43,238 bases of DNA from Chthoniobacteraceae bacterium (GTDB lineage: Bacteria > Verrucomicrobiota > Verrucomicrobiia > Chthoniobacterales > Chthoniobacteraceae): contig JBBCKI010000069.1 of NCBI GenBank assembly GCA_037190965.1, positions 1 through 43,238 on the forward strand, in the 5' to 3' direction. Position numbers and translations under genes: made by a program. The notes beneath the pieces were generated by a model. That model did not search any database. It was not told the DNA's origin and was given only the letters and a program-made list of their open reading frames with translations. Below, one piece after another: positions 17,979 to 27,600 of the stretch; the stretch's first letter is position 1, and each line of letters begins with the position of its first letter.

Positions 17979-19873
17979 AATGATTGGTTGGCAATTGGCA
18001 GGGATCGCGTCCCGAACCAGGCTTGAAACATCAACACATCCCAGAGGTAATACTGCCAGTCGCGCGCACCGCTAAGGTGATCCTCCCAAATCTTTCGGAC
18101 CGGCGCGGGATCAAGATAGCCTTCCCGCCGCAACCGATCCGAGGATAGAAGATCCTCGGCCCAATCGCGCAACGGCCCGCGTAACCAGGCGCCCATCGGA
18201 ACGCCAAAGCCCATCTTGGGCCGTTCGGTGAGCTTTCTCGGCACGTACCTCTCCAGCACCTGCCGCAGGATCCACTTCCCCTGACCGCCGCGCACCTTCA
18301 TCGAAGCCGGAAGGCTCATCGCAAACTCCACTACCCGGTGATCGAGCAATGGCACTCGCGCTTCCAGACTAACGGCCATGCTCGCACGATCCACCTTGGC
18401 CAGAATATCGTCGGGAAGATAGGAGACCAGGTCAGCCAGCATCATATGCCTTGGAAATTCCAGACCTCCAGGTCCTTCCTGCATCCTGAAAAGTTGCGTC
18501 GGCGGCTCCGTTCCTCCAATGACCAGCTCTTGCGGCTTTTTCCAGTGGGAAACCATCCGATGATAAAGCGCTTCCGCCGAAGGCATTCCCAGAAGATCCC
18601 GCCAGACTTCGCCTCGTCTTCCCGGGAGGAGCGTCCCCAGGCTTCGGCGAAGAGAGAGAGGAAGCCATCCCATCGTATTCCATATCCTTTGCGCCGTCCG
18701 ATAACGGGAGTAGCCGGAGAACAACTCATCTCCGCCATCCCCGGAAAGGCTAACCGTCACATGACTCCGCGTCAGGCGCGACACGAGATAGGTCGGAATC
18801 TGCGACACATCGGAAAACGGTTCATCGAAGATCTCCGGCAACCGCGGAATGACATCCAGCGCCTCGCGAGAGGTGACGTAGAGCTCGTGATGCTCCGTGC
18901 CTAGATAAGCCGCGACCTCCCGCGCGTGCGGCGCTTCATTATAGTCATCCTCGCGGAACCCGATGCTGAAAGTTTTAACAGCACGCTGGCTTTGGCTCTG
19001 CATCATCGCGACCACCGTCGACGAATCAATCCCGCCCGAGAGAAATGCGCCCAGCGGAACATCGGCAATCATCCTCAAGCGAACCGCCTCGCGCAAGAGA
19101 CGATCGAGCTGATCGGTGGCCTGCGCCTCGTTGCCATCAAACCCGTTCCTCACCCCATCCTCCACCACGCGTTGAGCCGACCAATACACCACAGGCTTGC
19201 GCATCACAGCCTCTTCGGATGGCGTATCGACAGTCAGCATCGATCCGGGAGGCAGCTTGTAGACATTCTTGTAGATTGAATAGGGAGAAGGCACAGCGCT
19301 ATGCCGGAGGAAGAGCGCCAAGGAGTCCCGATCGATATCTTCGCGGAATGACGGATGCGTTCTCAGAGCCTTCAATTCCGACCCCCACAGGAGCGTTCCC
19401 CGCATCCAGCCATAGTAAAGTGGCTTGATCCCAAGCCGGTCACGGATCAGCGAGAGCTTGCGCTCCTGCCGATCCCAGAGAGCAATGGCAAACATTCCGA
19501 CAAACCTGCCCAGCGCCGCATGAACTCCCCACGCTTCAATGGCAGCAAGGATCACCTCCGTATCCGAGTGCCCCCGAAAGCGATACCCGGAACACTCCAG
19601 TTCCATTCGCATCTCCCGAAAATTATAGACCTCCCCATTGAACGCGATCACATAGCGTCCGGACTGGGAACCCATCGGCTGATGTCCCGCCGGGGAGAGA
19701 TCGAGAATCGACAGGCGACGAAACCCGAAGGCAACCCCGGCTTCCACATCCGTCCAGAGCCCGGTGTCGTCGGGCCCACGATGCACCAGCGCATCCGCCA
19801 TGGCGCGAGCCCGAGCTGTCAGAGCCGACTGAGTTGCACCGCCTTGTTGCCAAAATCCTGCGATTCCACACAT
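17954..19873 (-). CDS. asnB: Second asparagine synthase-like glutamine amidotransferase
   Basis: MCGIAG, HRGPDD, RRLSILDLS, NGEVYNF, FLSGGIDSS, KVDRASMAVSLEAR, RPKMGF. Confidence 0.92.
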   Translation of the reverse strand: MCGIAGFWQQGGATQSALTARARAMADALVHRGPDDTGLWTDVEAGVAFGFRRLSILDLSPAGHQPMGSQSGRYVIAFNGEVYNFREMRMELECSGYRFRGHSDTEVILAAIEAWGVHAALGRFVGMFAIALWDRQERKLSLIRDRLGIKPLYYGWMRGTLLWGSELKALRTHPSFREDIDRDSLALFLRHSAVPSPYSIYKNVYKLPPGSMLTVDTPSEEAVMRKPVVYWSAQRVVEDGVRNGFDGNEAQATDQLDRLLREAVRLRMIADVPLGAFLSGGIDSSTVVAMMQSQSQRAVKTFSIGFREDDYNEAPHAREVAAYLGTEHHELYVTSREALDVIPRLPEIFDEPFSDVSQIPTYLVSRLTRSHVTVSLSGDGGDELFSGYSRYRTAQRIWNTMGWLPLSLRRSLGTLLPGRRGEVWRDLLGMPSAEALYHRMVSHWKKPQELVIGGTEPPTQLFRMQEGPGGLEFPRHMMLADLVSYLPDDILAKVDRASMAVSLEARVPLLDHRVVEFAMSLPASMKVRGGQGKWILRQVLERYVPRKLTERPKMGFGVPMGAWLRGPLRDWAEDLLSSDRLRREGYLDPAPVRKIWEDHLSGARDWQYYLWDVLMFQAWFGTRSLPIANQSLCAESTGN

Positions 19874-19876
19874 AGC

Positions 19877-21031
19877 CTAGCTCCTTTTCCGTGGTGCGTG
19901 CTTTTCGTAAAGATCCTGATACCGATTCACGATCATTGGCATGGCATAGTTCCGCAGGATTCGCTCCCGGGCCGTCGCGCCAAGAGCCTGCCTGCCTGTC
20001 GGACCAAGCCGGATCAGGGAACTACATGCCTCCGCAAGTCCTTCAAGATCATTCGGTGCAACGACAATCCCCGTCTTCCCCACCAATATTCCATGATCCC
20101 CCACGTCAGTCACCACACAGGGAACGGAACTAGCCATCGCCTCCGCCACCGCCAAAGAAAGAGCCTCTCCGTAAGAAGAGGCTGACACCGAGATATCAAG
20201 ACCGGCAGTCACCATGTCCATATCCCGCCGCTCTCCCAACAGATGGACAGCTCCCGTCAGACCGTAGTCCCGAATCATGGAAACAAGCCTCTCATTGCCT
20301 GCCTCCATACCCTGGCCCGCAAAGATGATGGACGCCTCGGGGTGTCTCTCGACCACATTCTTTGCCGCGCAAAGAAAACCACCATGATTCTTCTGGGGAT
20401 GAAATCGCCCGATCAACCCGATAAGGAGTGCGGAAGAAGGGAGGCCAAGTTCGTGCCTCAATAGAACGCGATGAGCTTCCGAAGGCATGAAATAGCCGGT
20501 ATCGATTCCGTTTGGCAGCACCGTTCCCTTCTCTGGATCAAATCCCAGCGCCTCGTGCTGCCTTCGGCTGACCTGCGATACATAGACAATCTCATGCGGC
20601 ATTCCCCTCCTTCGTGACAACCGCGAGGATAGCTGAATCAGACGGGCCGTGAGCCATTTCTCCCGCTGAAGCGTTTCCACGGTATTATGCACCGCCCATA
20701 GAACACGCGGCCGGGGCGACAGGAACCCGCTGGCGAATTGTGCCGCCAGGTTGCCGTGAACCATCCATCCCTGCACCACATCGGGCTTCTCCTTCCGCAA
20801 GCATCCCACCACGCGCGCCAGGGCTCCCAGGGAAGGCCTGCCCTGTCGCATCTCCGCATGGTAGACAGGAATCCCAAGCGCCTTGATCTCGTCCGCCAGT
20901 GGCCCGCCCCTCATCAAGGCAATCACCGCGCTTTCGAAGCGCCGGGAATCCATCCCCTGAAGAAGCCGCCAGAGCATGGTCTCTGCGCCCCCGGCATGAA
21001 GGCTCGCGATGATATGAACTATCTTTGGCAC
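19877..21031 (-). CDS. Glycosyltransferase family 4
   Basis: HIIASLHAGGAE, PNGIDT, IGRFHPQKNH, SSYGEALSLAVAEAMA, TDVGD. Confidence 0.92.
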   Translation of the reverse strand: MPKIVHIIASLHAGGAETMLWRLLQGMDSRRFESAVIALMRGGPLADEIKALGIPVYHAEMRQGRPSLGALARVVGCLRKEKPDVVQGWMVHGNLAAQFASGFLSPRPRVLWAVHNTVETLQREKWLTARLIQLSSRLSRRRGMPHEIVYVSQVSRRQHEALGFDPEKGTVLPNGIDTGYFMPSEAHRVLLRHELGLPSSALLIGLIGRFHPQKNHGGFLCAAKNVVERHPEASIIFAGQGMEAGNERLVSMIRDYGLTGAVHLLGERRDMDMVTAGLDISVSASSYGEALSLAVAEAMASSVPCVVTDVGDHGILVGKTGIVVAPNDLEGLAEACSSLIRLGPTGRQALGATARERILRNYAMPMIVNRYQDLYEKHAPRKRS

Positions 21032-22230
21032 TTTAAGGTATCCAGTAAGGCGGCCTCCGTATTGCAGGCCAGTTGTGTCATGCTGAAGTTTGAAACGATC
21101 CGTTCCCGGGCCTCTGCGGCGCGGCGTGCAAGAACGGCTTTGTCCTGATCAAGCAGATTTTTCCACGCTGTAACCAATCTTTCCGGGCAGCCTGGGGGAA
21201 CCACCCTCGTGCAGTCGTTTACGATGAAGGCAGCATCGCCGACGTCGGTCGCAACAACCGGGATACCGCAGGCCATCGCCTCACCAATTGCATTGGAGAA
21301 CCCTTCGCCAAACAGCGAGCTGGAGGTAAGAATCGTCAGGGCGTTGTAAACAGCGGTCACGTTCCGCCGGGCCGGGTGCCATTGCAGGCGCCCCTCAAGC
21401 CCCAGTTCCGCCGTTAAGGCCTGTAACCGCGTGAGATTCGCTAACGGACCATCGCCCACGCAGACAAACCGCACCTCCGGTCTGTGGCGAGCAAGCAATG
21501 CCGCCGCATGCAGAAAGGTGGGATGATCCTTCATGGGATCCAGCCTTGCCACAATCCCGATCACCGGAGCTTCCGGCGCGATTCCCCACTCTCGGCGCAC
21601 CTCTTTTCCCGCATCCCGATCCGGATGGAACCGATCCGCGTCAATCCCGTTGCGAATCACCTTCATCCGCGCTCCCTCAAAGCCCTCGGCAATATGCTCC
21701 TTGCGCCCGGACTCCGAGTTGACAATGATGCAATCGGCAAACCGCGAAAGGAGACGCTCCATCCAATAGCTGATATTCCGGCCCCAGTCGTTGTAGCATG
21801 AGTAATCACACGCTGAGCCGCGTATTCCCCAAATAGCGCGGGAGCCGCAGAGTGCCCGCGCCAGCAAGGAAAGCTCGTTCGAGAATCCCATATATCCATG
21901 CGTCACATCCGGCCGGACCTCGCGCACCAACCGGGAGAATCGCATCAAAAGCCCTGCCAGATCCCAGCGGCCTTTCTTGCCGAGCGATAGGAGCGTGACC
22001 CCGGAGCTCTCCGAAATTTCCGACTCCAGCGCACCTCCTCCGTAGAGCGTCGCCACCGTAACGTCGAACCGCTTCTTGTCGATTCCCTTCACCAACTCGA
22101 TCAACTGCCGCTCAGCCCCGCCGCATGATAGCGCTCGGATCACGAACAGCAGCCGGATCCGGGTGTGCCTCTCCGTCGAATCCTCGATACCGTCAGTCAT
22201 GGTAAATCCCTGCATGGTTGTGGGAAACAT
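21019..22230 (-). CDS. Glycosyltransferase family 4
   Basis: GGAERQL, VARLDPMKDH, GEGFSNAIGEAMACG. Alternative start at 22200. Confidence 0.92.
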   Translation of the reverse strand: MFPTTMQGFTMTDGIEDSTERHTRIRLLFVIRALSCGGAERQLIELVKGIDKKRFDVTVATLYGGGALESEISESSGVTLLSLGKKGRWDLAGLLMRFSRLVREVRPDVTHGYMGFSNELSLLARALCGSRAIWGIRGSACDYSCYNDWGRNISYWMERLLSRFADCIIVNSESGRKEHIAEGFEGARMKVIRNGIDADRFHPDRDAGKEVRREWGIAPEAPVIGIVARLDPMKDHPTFLHAAALLARHRPEVRFVCVGDGPLANLTRLQALTAELGLEGRLQWHPARRNVTAVYNALTILTSSSLFGEGFSNAIGEAMACGIPVVATDVGDAAFIVNDCTRVVPPGCPERLVTAWKNLLDQDKAVLARRAAEARERIVSNFSMTQLACNTEAALLDTLKCQR

Positions 22231-23356
22231 CGCATCCGCCCCCTCCTCCGGTCTTTTTCGATCTCATGGCATCTCTTGCCAGTTCAAGCCATTGCTCCAT
22301 CACGGTTCCAACCGAGAACCGCTGGGCCACCTCCGGTGCGTACGCGGCCAGCCTCATCCGTTCGGTCTCATTCGTCATGAGCCGTTCCATTGCCCTCGCC
22401 AGCGCGTCGCCATCTTCAGGGGGCACGAGCACTCCATCCACTCCGTCCCGGATGATCTCGCCGGGGCCACTGGGGCAGTCGAAGGCGATAACAGGCAATC
22501 CACACGCCATCGCCTCGCAAAGCACATTGGGAAATCCCTCGTACCTTGACGACAGGACAAAGAGATCGGCCCGCTGCAATTCGGCGGTAGGATTCCGGGT
22601 CACCCCCGGAAGACGCACCCGCTCCTGCAACCCCGCCTCGCAAATCTGCGCTTCAAGCGCCTGGCGGCAACTCCCCTCACCCCAGATCTCAAGATTCCAC
22701 GCGGGATGATTTACCGCGATGCTCGAAAATACCCTGATCAACAGATCGAATCCCTTCTGCTCCTCCAACCGCCCCATAGCCACGATCGTCCGCAACCCAT
22801 CGCGTTTGACCCGTGAAACCAGCTTCCGAATCGCAGGCACCGGAACCGGATTGGGAATGACTGCGCTCCGGATATTACGAGGAAAAAAGCCCCGCGCCGC
22901 CGCGCTCTGGAAAACCACGCACGAGGCCCGGCGATAAAAGAGACGTCTCATTGTTCTCGTAATGAACCCGGCCTCGCCGGCGCGAGGATCGATCCGTTCC
23001 GAAACGATTACGGGAATAGTCAGACCCGTGGTCGCAAGCAACACCAGCACATTGACGCTGCTCATGAATGAAATCACCGCGTCCGGTTGTGCCGCCTTGA
23101 TGGCCGCGCGAAGCACGTGAACACGCCGGAGACTATTGATGAAGGAAGACCGCAGGCTTGTCGATTTCCCAGCCAGCCCGAGGCGACGATGAACAACCCC
23201 GGGATGAAGCGCATAGAACGGCGGACGCTCGCCGTGATCAAACGTGAAGAGAACCACCTCGCGTCCTTCTTCAGCCCAGTGATTGGCCATCGTCGCCATG
23301 ACCCGCTCCGCGCCTCCGGCGTTCACGGCGTAAATCACAAGAACGACCCGCTTCAT
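22193..23356 (-). CDS. Glycosyltransferase family 4 (PglJ/AmsD-like)
   Basis: GGAERVM, VIVSER, MGRLEEQKGFD, SRYEGFPNVLCEAMACG, DCPSGP. ATG 23356 overlaps the murJ-like stop. Confidence 0.92.
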   Translation of the reverse strand: MKRVVLVIYAVNAGGAERVMATMANHWAEEGREVVLFTFDHGERPPFYALHPGVVHRRLGLAGKSTSLRSSFINSLRRVHVLRAAIKAAQPDAVISFMSSVNVLVLLATTGLTIPVIVSERIDPRAGEAGFITRTMRRLFYRRASCVVFQSAAARGFFPRNIRSAVIPNPVPVPAIRKLVSRVKRDGLRTIVAMGRLEEQKGFDLLIRVFSSIAVNHPAWNLEIWGEGSCRQALEAQICEAGLQERVRLPGVTRNPTAELQRADLFVLSSRYEGFPNVLCEAMACGLPVIAFDCPSGPGEIIRDGVDGVLVPPEDGDALARAMERLMTNETERMRLAAYAPEVAQRFSVGTVMEQWLELARDAMRSKKTGGGGGCDVSHNHAGIYHD

Positions 23357-24726
23357 CGCAGCCCCCTTTCCGCCTTGCGAAGGCATTGAACCAGCATGAC
23401 CGCCATGAACAGAGTCATGAACAAATAAACAAGGCTGGTGGAGAGCGCGAGACCCGCCACTCCCATCCCCCGCATCAGCACGAGGTTAAGAATGACATTG
23501 AGACAAAAGCCCAGCAGCGCGCCCCACATCACAATGCGGTTCCCTTTCAGCGACGAGATCATCCGAACATAAAGGAGACTCAGGCTGTAAAATGGGATCT
23601 GCAGGAAAAACATCTGCTGCACACGGCTCACCGCCAGTGTGTCCTCAACAGTAAAGTTCCCCCGCTGGAACAACAATGCGGCCAACGGTGTCGATGCATA
23701 GATGGCCACCGCCGTGGCGGGCACGGTCACCCCCAGAATGAGCCATGTATAGGTCTTCAAGGTATGACGAATGCCGCTCCAATCTTCCATGGCGGTCATT
23801 TTGGAAAAGTGCGGCAACACCGCCGTCCCCAGGGCTGCCGTTCCAATCCCGACGGCCAGCGCCACCAGCTTGTTCCCATAGTTGAGCGTTGCCACGCTGC
23901 CGGCAGGCAAGGTGCTGGCCATGGCCTGATCCACCAGGATACTGCTGCAAAACAACACGGAGCCCGCTATCATCGGGATATACTGGCCAATGACTCGCTT
24001 CACATTGGCGTCCATCCCGTGCCAGAGCGGACAGATCGCAAAGCCCATCCCCTGCCGTTTCAGGGAGTGTCCAAGCACGACGAGTTGCAGCAACATTCCG
24101 GCCACCGTTCCACCCACCAGGGCGTCGATTCCCCAATGGTGTCCGCCAGCCCAAATCCCACCCAACGCGCCGAAGGAAACAACCGCCGGGGCAACCGCAA
24201 CCAGCGCGAACCGCTCAGACGAGTTCAAGAGCGCCTCCCAATTTGTGATCAACCCGGTGATGACGATGCTTGGCAGTGCAAAAAGAAACAACCGGTGTGT
24301 CAACGCCGTCTTCTCCGCATCGAAGCCTGAGCCCAGATAAGGCAGCACCACAGGGGCCAGAAGCGCGAGAAGCAGGGTAATCGCCAGAAGCATCGCCCCG
24401 CTGAATGCGGAAATACTTTGGAAAAGGCGCTGGGCCACAAGCGGCCCCATCCGCTCCCGCGTTTCGATCTGCGTTGGAATCAATGCCGCGTTGAAAGATC
24501 CCCCAATGACATTGATGACATAGGAGGGCAGAAGAAACGCGATCACAAAGGCATCCATGGCGTCCCCGGTTCCGAACCATGCGGCAACCATCATCTCCTT
24601 GCCCATCGAGACGATCTTGACCACCAGCGTCAACACACCAATCGTTGTTGCCGCCGCAAAGATCTTCCGGTTCGGACTTCCCTTCCCATTCCTCTCCAGC
24701 GGTGGGGCAACAGGCTCGGACTTCAT
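23353..24726 (-). CDS. murJ: MurJ/MviN-like MOP flippase (repeat-unit flippase)
   Basis: FGTGDAMDAF, FNAALIP, GSVATLNYGNKL, LFQRGNFT, GLALSTS; about 12 hydrophobic segments. Confidence 0.8.
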   Translation of the reverse strand: MKSEPVAPPLERNGKGSPNRKIFAAATTIGVLTLVVKIVSMGKEMMVAAWFGTGDAMDAFVIAFLLPSYVINVIGGSFNAALIPTQIETRERMGPLVAQRLFQSISAFSGAMLLAITLLLALLAPVVLPYLGSGFDAEKTALTHRLFLFALPSIVITGLITNWEALLNSSERFALVAVAPAVVSFGALGGIWAGGHHWGIDALVGGTVAGMLLQLVVLGHSLKRQGMGFAICPLWHGMDANVKRVIGQYIPMIAGSVLFCSSILVDQAMASTLPAGSVATLNYGNKLVALAVGIGTAALGTAVLPHFSKMTAMEDWSGIRHTLKTYTWLILGVTVPATAVAIYASTPLAALLFQRGNFTVEDTLAVSRVQQMFFLQIPFYSLSLLYVRMISSLKGNRIVMWGALLGFCLNVILNLVLMRGMGVAGLALSTSLVYLFMTLFMAVMLVQCLRKAERGLR

Positions 24727-26618
24727 CGTCCTCCTCCACCTTCCAGATCCACCAGGATCGTTAACGATTCTACGGGATCAAGCGCAAACCTGACAACGCC
24801 GTCCTCCAGAGCCCATTTTCGCAAAGGGTCACCCATCGCACGCGGCGTGCCCCACTCCATGTTTACAGGCGCGGGTGGCAACGTTATCGACACCTCAGCT
24901 CGTCCCCTTTCCGGATTGCACACCAACAGATAAAGCCGTCCTTCATGGAGACGGCCGCATAAGCGCACGGTCGGGATATCACACCGCACCGCCGCCTCCT
25001 TCCCTCGCAGCAGGGGCATTGCAAGAGCGCGCACCTCCGCGTTGATGGCAGCGAGGCGCGGCCAGAGGGGCGTTGCCTCAAGATCCCAATCCTTCTCGCG
25101 TTTGGAGTACCACGAGATTCCACGAGCTCCCCCGATCAGGGCCAGATAAACCATGGCCCGGGCTTGCGCCACCGAAGGCTGCGTCTTGAGATCGCGCGTC
25201 CAGCCGCATTGCAGCACAAAAGTCAGATGCTGCCACGGCAACATCGCTTCCCGCGCCTTCACGCAAAAGTCGTACACCTCTGAAACTGAGCCACCCGGCA
25301 AAGGATAGCGATCCACCTGCACCAGGTCGCAGAAGCGTGCCCAGTATCCGAAGCTCGGTTCCTGACAAAGCGTCAACTCGATCGGTTGCAACGGGCGAGC
25401 CGCCTTCAACGCTGCATAGACACGCGGAACCTCATCCCTGGTCGCGATATTCTGGTCGGCATCGGGCTCGTCGATGATCTTCCAGCACAAAACCGCCGGA
25501 TGCCTTCCCGCAAGCCTCAATAGCTCAAGAGAACGTTGAAGGTTCCCCTCCACCCTCCCACCCGCGTAGAGGGGAACATCGACCGCAATCCCGTGCTCCA
25601 GCGCAAGATCAAGGCTCCTCACAAAGTCATCCGGATCTGCGGGAAACTTTCCCTGGATCATGTTAAACCCATGCGCCGCCAATCGGCTATACTCCGCTTC
25701 AGTGTGCTCGACGTTATAGATTCCTATCGGAAAGAATAGCCTCTTCCCCCGCTGATGCGCCCCGGCATCGCCCAGAAAGGCAGGTTTCCGGTCACGGGGC
25801 GCAACCTCGACTTTCACCGCTTCCGCAGCCTTCATGCTGCCGCAAGCAACTTCGATTCGTCGTGTTCCCGGTGCAAGAGGAGGAAGCGTCACGGCGAGGA
25901 TCTCTTGATACGGGTCGATTTTCCGCACGCGGGGCGGTTCCGCCATTGGCTTACCATCGATGCTAATCACAAAATGCCGCCGGCTGCCTTCATCGGAAGG
26001 ATTCCTGAATGATGCCTTCAAAAGCACGGCAGTCCGGGAATCGGCTTCCACTGCAAGCGGCGCAACGGCAGTCATCCGCAGTTCCGGCTTTGCCGCGATT
26101 TTTTCAAAACGGAGATCGTCAATGTCCGCCGCTCCCGCTCCTGCCACGGTGACAATGAGATCCACCAGTTCTCCATCGGCAGGAACCTTAACGGCCATCG
26201 GCTTCCATCTCCCTTCCACCGAAGCCACAACAGGATGAATGGAAGTATTCTCTCCTCGCGTATTATAGAACTCCATCTTGAGCTTTACCGTCGTGCCCTC
26301 CTTTCCTGAGACGCTTCGCACCCAGGCGCTCAGGCGATAGGTGGCACCCGGCTCAAGATTAGTCACTCGCTGATGAACACCCGGCGCCATGATGCTGGTG
26401 CTTCTCATAGTGATCCGCAGACAGCGATCCCCAGTCCGCCCTCCTTTGGGCGCAATGGAGAGTTCCTCCTTGAATCGATCCACGCCAGACCATGATGCGA
26501 AGCCCTTTTCGAAAGACGGGTTCTGCAATGAATCGTAGCCGCTCCCCTTTATCGCAGCCACCGAAATGACGGCGGAAGCCACCAAACCCAGAACCGCGCC
26601 AAATTTCCAAGTTAACAT
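24723..26618 (-). CDS. Secreted/anchored protein with CBM4/9-like domain, Ig-like spacer and putative TIM-barrel glycoside hydrolase domain
   Basis: Signal MLTWKFGAVLG. LQNPSFE...W...LEPGATYRLSAWVR...IDDLRF (CBM-like). FFPIGIY...GFN...HPAVLCWKIIDEP...DRYP...GARGISWY. Start at 26618. Confidence 0.7.
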   Translation of the reverse strand: MLTWKFGAVLGLVASAVISVAAIKGSGYDSLQNPSFEKGFASWSGVDRFKEELSIAPKGGRTGDRCLRITMRSTSIMAPGVHQRVTNLEPGATYRLSAWVRSVSGKEGTTVKLKMEFYNTRGENTSIHPVVASVEGRWKPMAVKVPADGELVDLIVTVAGAGAADIDDLRFEKIAAKPELRMTAVAPLAVEADSRTAVLLKASFRNPSDEGSRRHFVISIDGKPMAEPPRVRKIDPYQEILAVTLPPLAPGTRRIEVACGSMKAAEAVKVEVAPRDRKPAFLGDAGAHQRGKRLFFPIGIYNVEHTEAEYSRLAAHGFNMIQGKFPADPDDFVRSLDLALEHGIAVDVPLYAGGRVEGNLQRSLELLRLAGRHPAVLCWKIIDEPDADQNIATRDEVPRVYAALKAARPLQPIELTLCQEPSFGYWARFCDLVQVDRYPLPGGSVSEVYDFCVKAREAMLPWQHLTFVLQCGWTRDLKTQPSVAQARAMVYLALIGGARGISWYSKREKDWDLEATPLWPRLAAINAEVRALAMPLLRGKEAAVRCDIPTVRLCGRLHEGRLYLLVCNPERGRAEVSITLPPAPVNMEWGTPRAMGDPLRKWALEDGVVRFALDPVESLTILVDLEGGGGR

Positions 26619-26622
26619 AGGT

Positions 26623-27600
26623 TTAGATCTTTCCCACCCATCGATCCCTCTGCATGATGGTGAAGGCCAATGGCCAGAGCGAAAGCACCAGCCGCCGCGC
26701 ACCCTTCTCATCAAGCACGGAGAGGGCGCTTCGCATCCCTACCCCGGCGTGCAAGGCAAATCGGCCATAACGCAACGCGGACCCGATAAACTCCTTCGGA
26801 GCTTCTTTGAAATACTTCCAGTGCGAATTTAGTACAATGCATTGAGAGTCAAGAATGCCCAAGGCCATTGCGGTAGGATTCCGTAGTGTCCTGGTAGCCG
26901 TCTCGCCCTCGTCATGAATATAGTAGATGCGAAGGCGCTCATTGAAGTAACGCGTCTTGTAACGCGAAGCGATCCGAAGCCAGACGATATTCTCGGGAAC
27001 GACGACGTAGCCCTTGTGTTTGTCCACCACGGGAAACGGGTATTGCTTCAAGACCTCCGTTCTTTGAAATCCCCATTTCTCGCCGTCCACCTTGTACCGG
27101 TAGCGGATCTCGGCTGAGTCCGAATCAATAACATCTTGGGGGAACGGATCGCCCACCAAGTCGCCAAGCTCCGTCTCGCAAAGACAGGTCGCTCCCACGA
27201 AGTCATTTCGCTTCGTCTTCGGAATGGATATCCAGTGGTAATGGAAACGTTCCAAGGCGTCGGCCGTAAACCGGTCGTCGTCATCGGCGGAAAGGAACAG
27301 TTCCCCCCGGGCATTGGCCACCCCCGTATTAAACGCGATATGTTTACCCTGGTTTGACTGCTTTATATAGCGGATCGGTAATCGTCCTTCCCTGATCCAC
27401 CCCGCCACCAGCGCTTCCGTCCCGTCCGTGGATCCATCGTCCACGACCAGCCACTCGAAAGATCTCAAGGTCTGGGCGCACAGGCTTTCGTAGACCCGGT
27501 GCAGTGTTAACGCCCGGTTGTAAGTCGGCGTGAATACAGTAAACACAATACCCCCTTGCCGCATGCACTCCGATTCCTCGGAATTTGTCTGAGTCATCAT
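26623..27600 (-). CDS. Glycosyltransferase family 2
   Basis: FTVFTPTYNR, LVVDDGSTD, NQGKHIAFN, DDDD (DxD). Confidence 0.92.
   Translation of the reverse strand: MMTQTNSEESECMRQGGIVFTVFTPTYNRALTLHRVYESLCAQTLRSFEWLVVDDGSTDGTEALVAGWIREGRLPIRYIKQSNQGKHIAFNTGVANARGELFLSADDDDRFTADALERFHYHWISIPKTKRNDFVGATCLCETELGDLVGDPFPQDVIDSDSAEIRYRYKVDGEKWGFQRTEVLKQYPFPVVDKHKGYVVVPENIVWLRIASRYKTRYFNERLRIYYIHDEGETATRTLRNPTAMALGILDSQCIVLNSHWKYFKEAPKEFIGSALRYGRFALHAGVGMRSALSVLDEKGARRLVLSLWPLAFTIMQRDRWVGKI

Noticed and set aside
23386..24330. 314-aa plus-strand ORF
   Set aside because: His/Gln-rich antisense shadow of the hydrophobic flippase gene.
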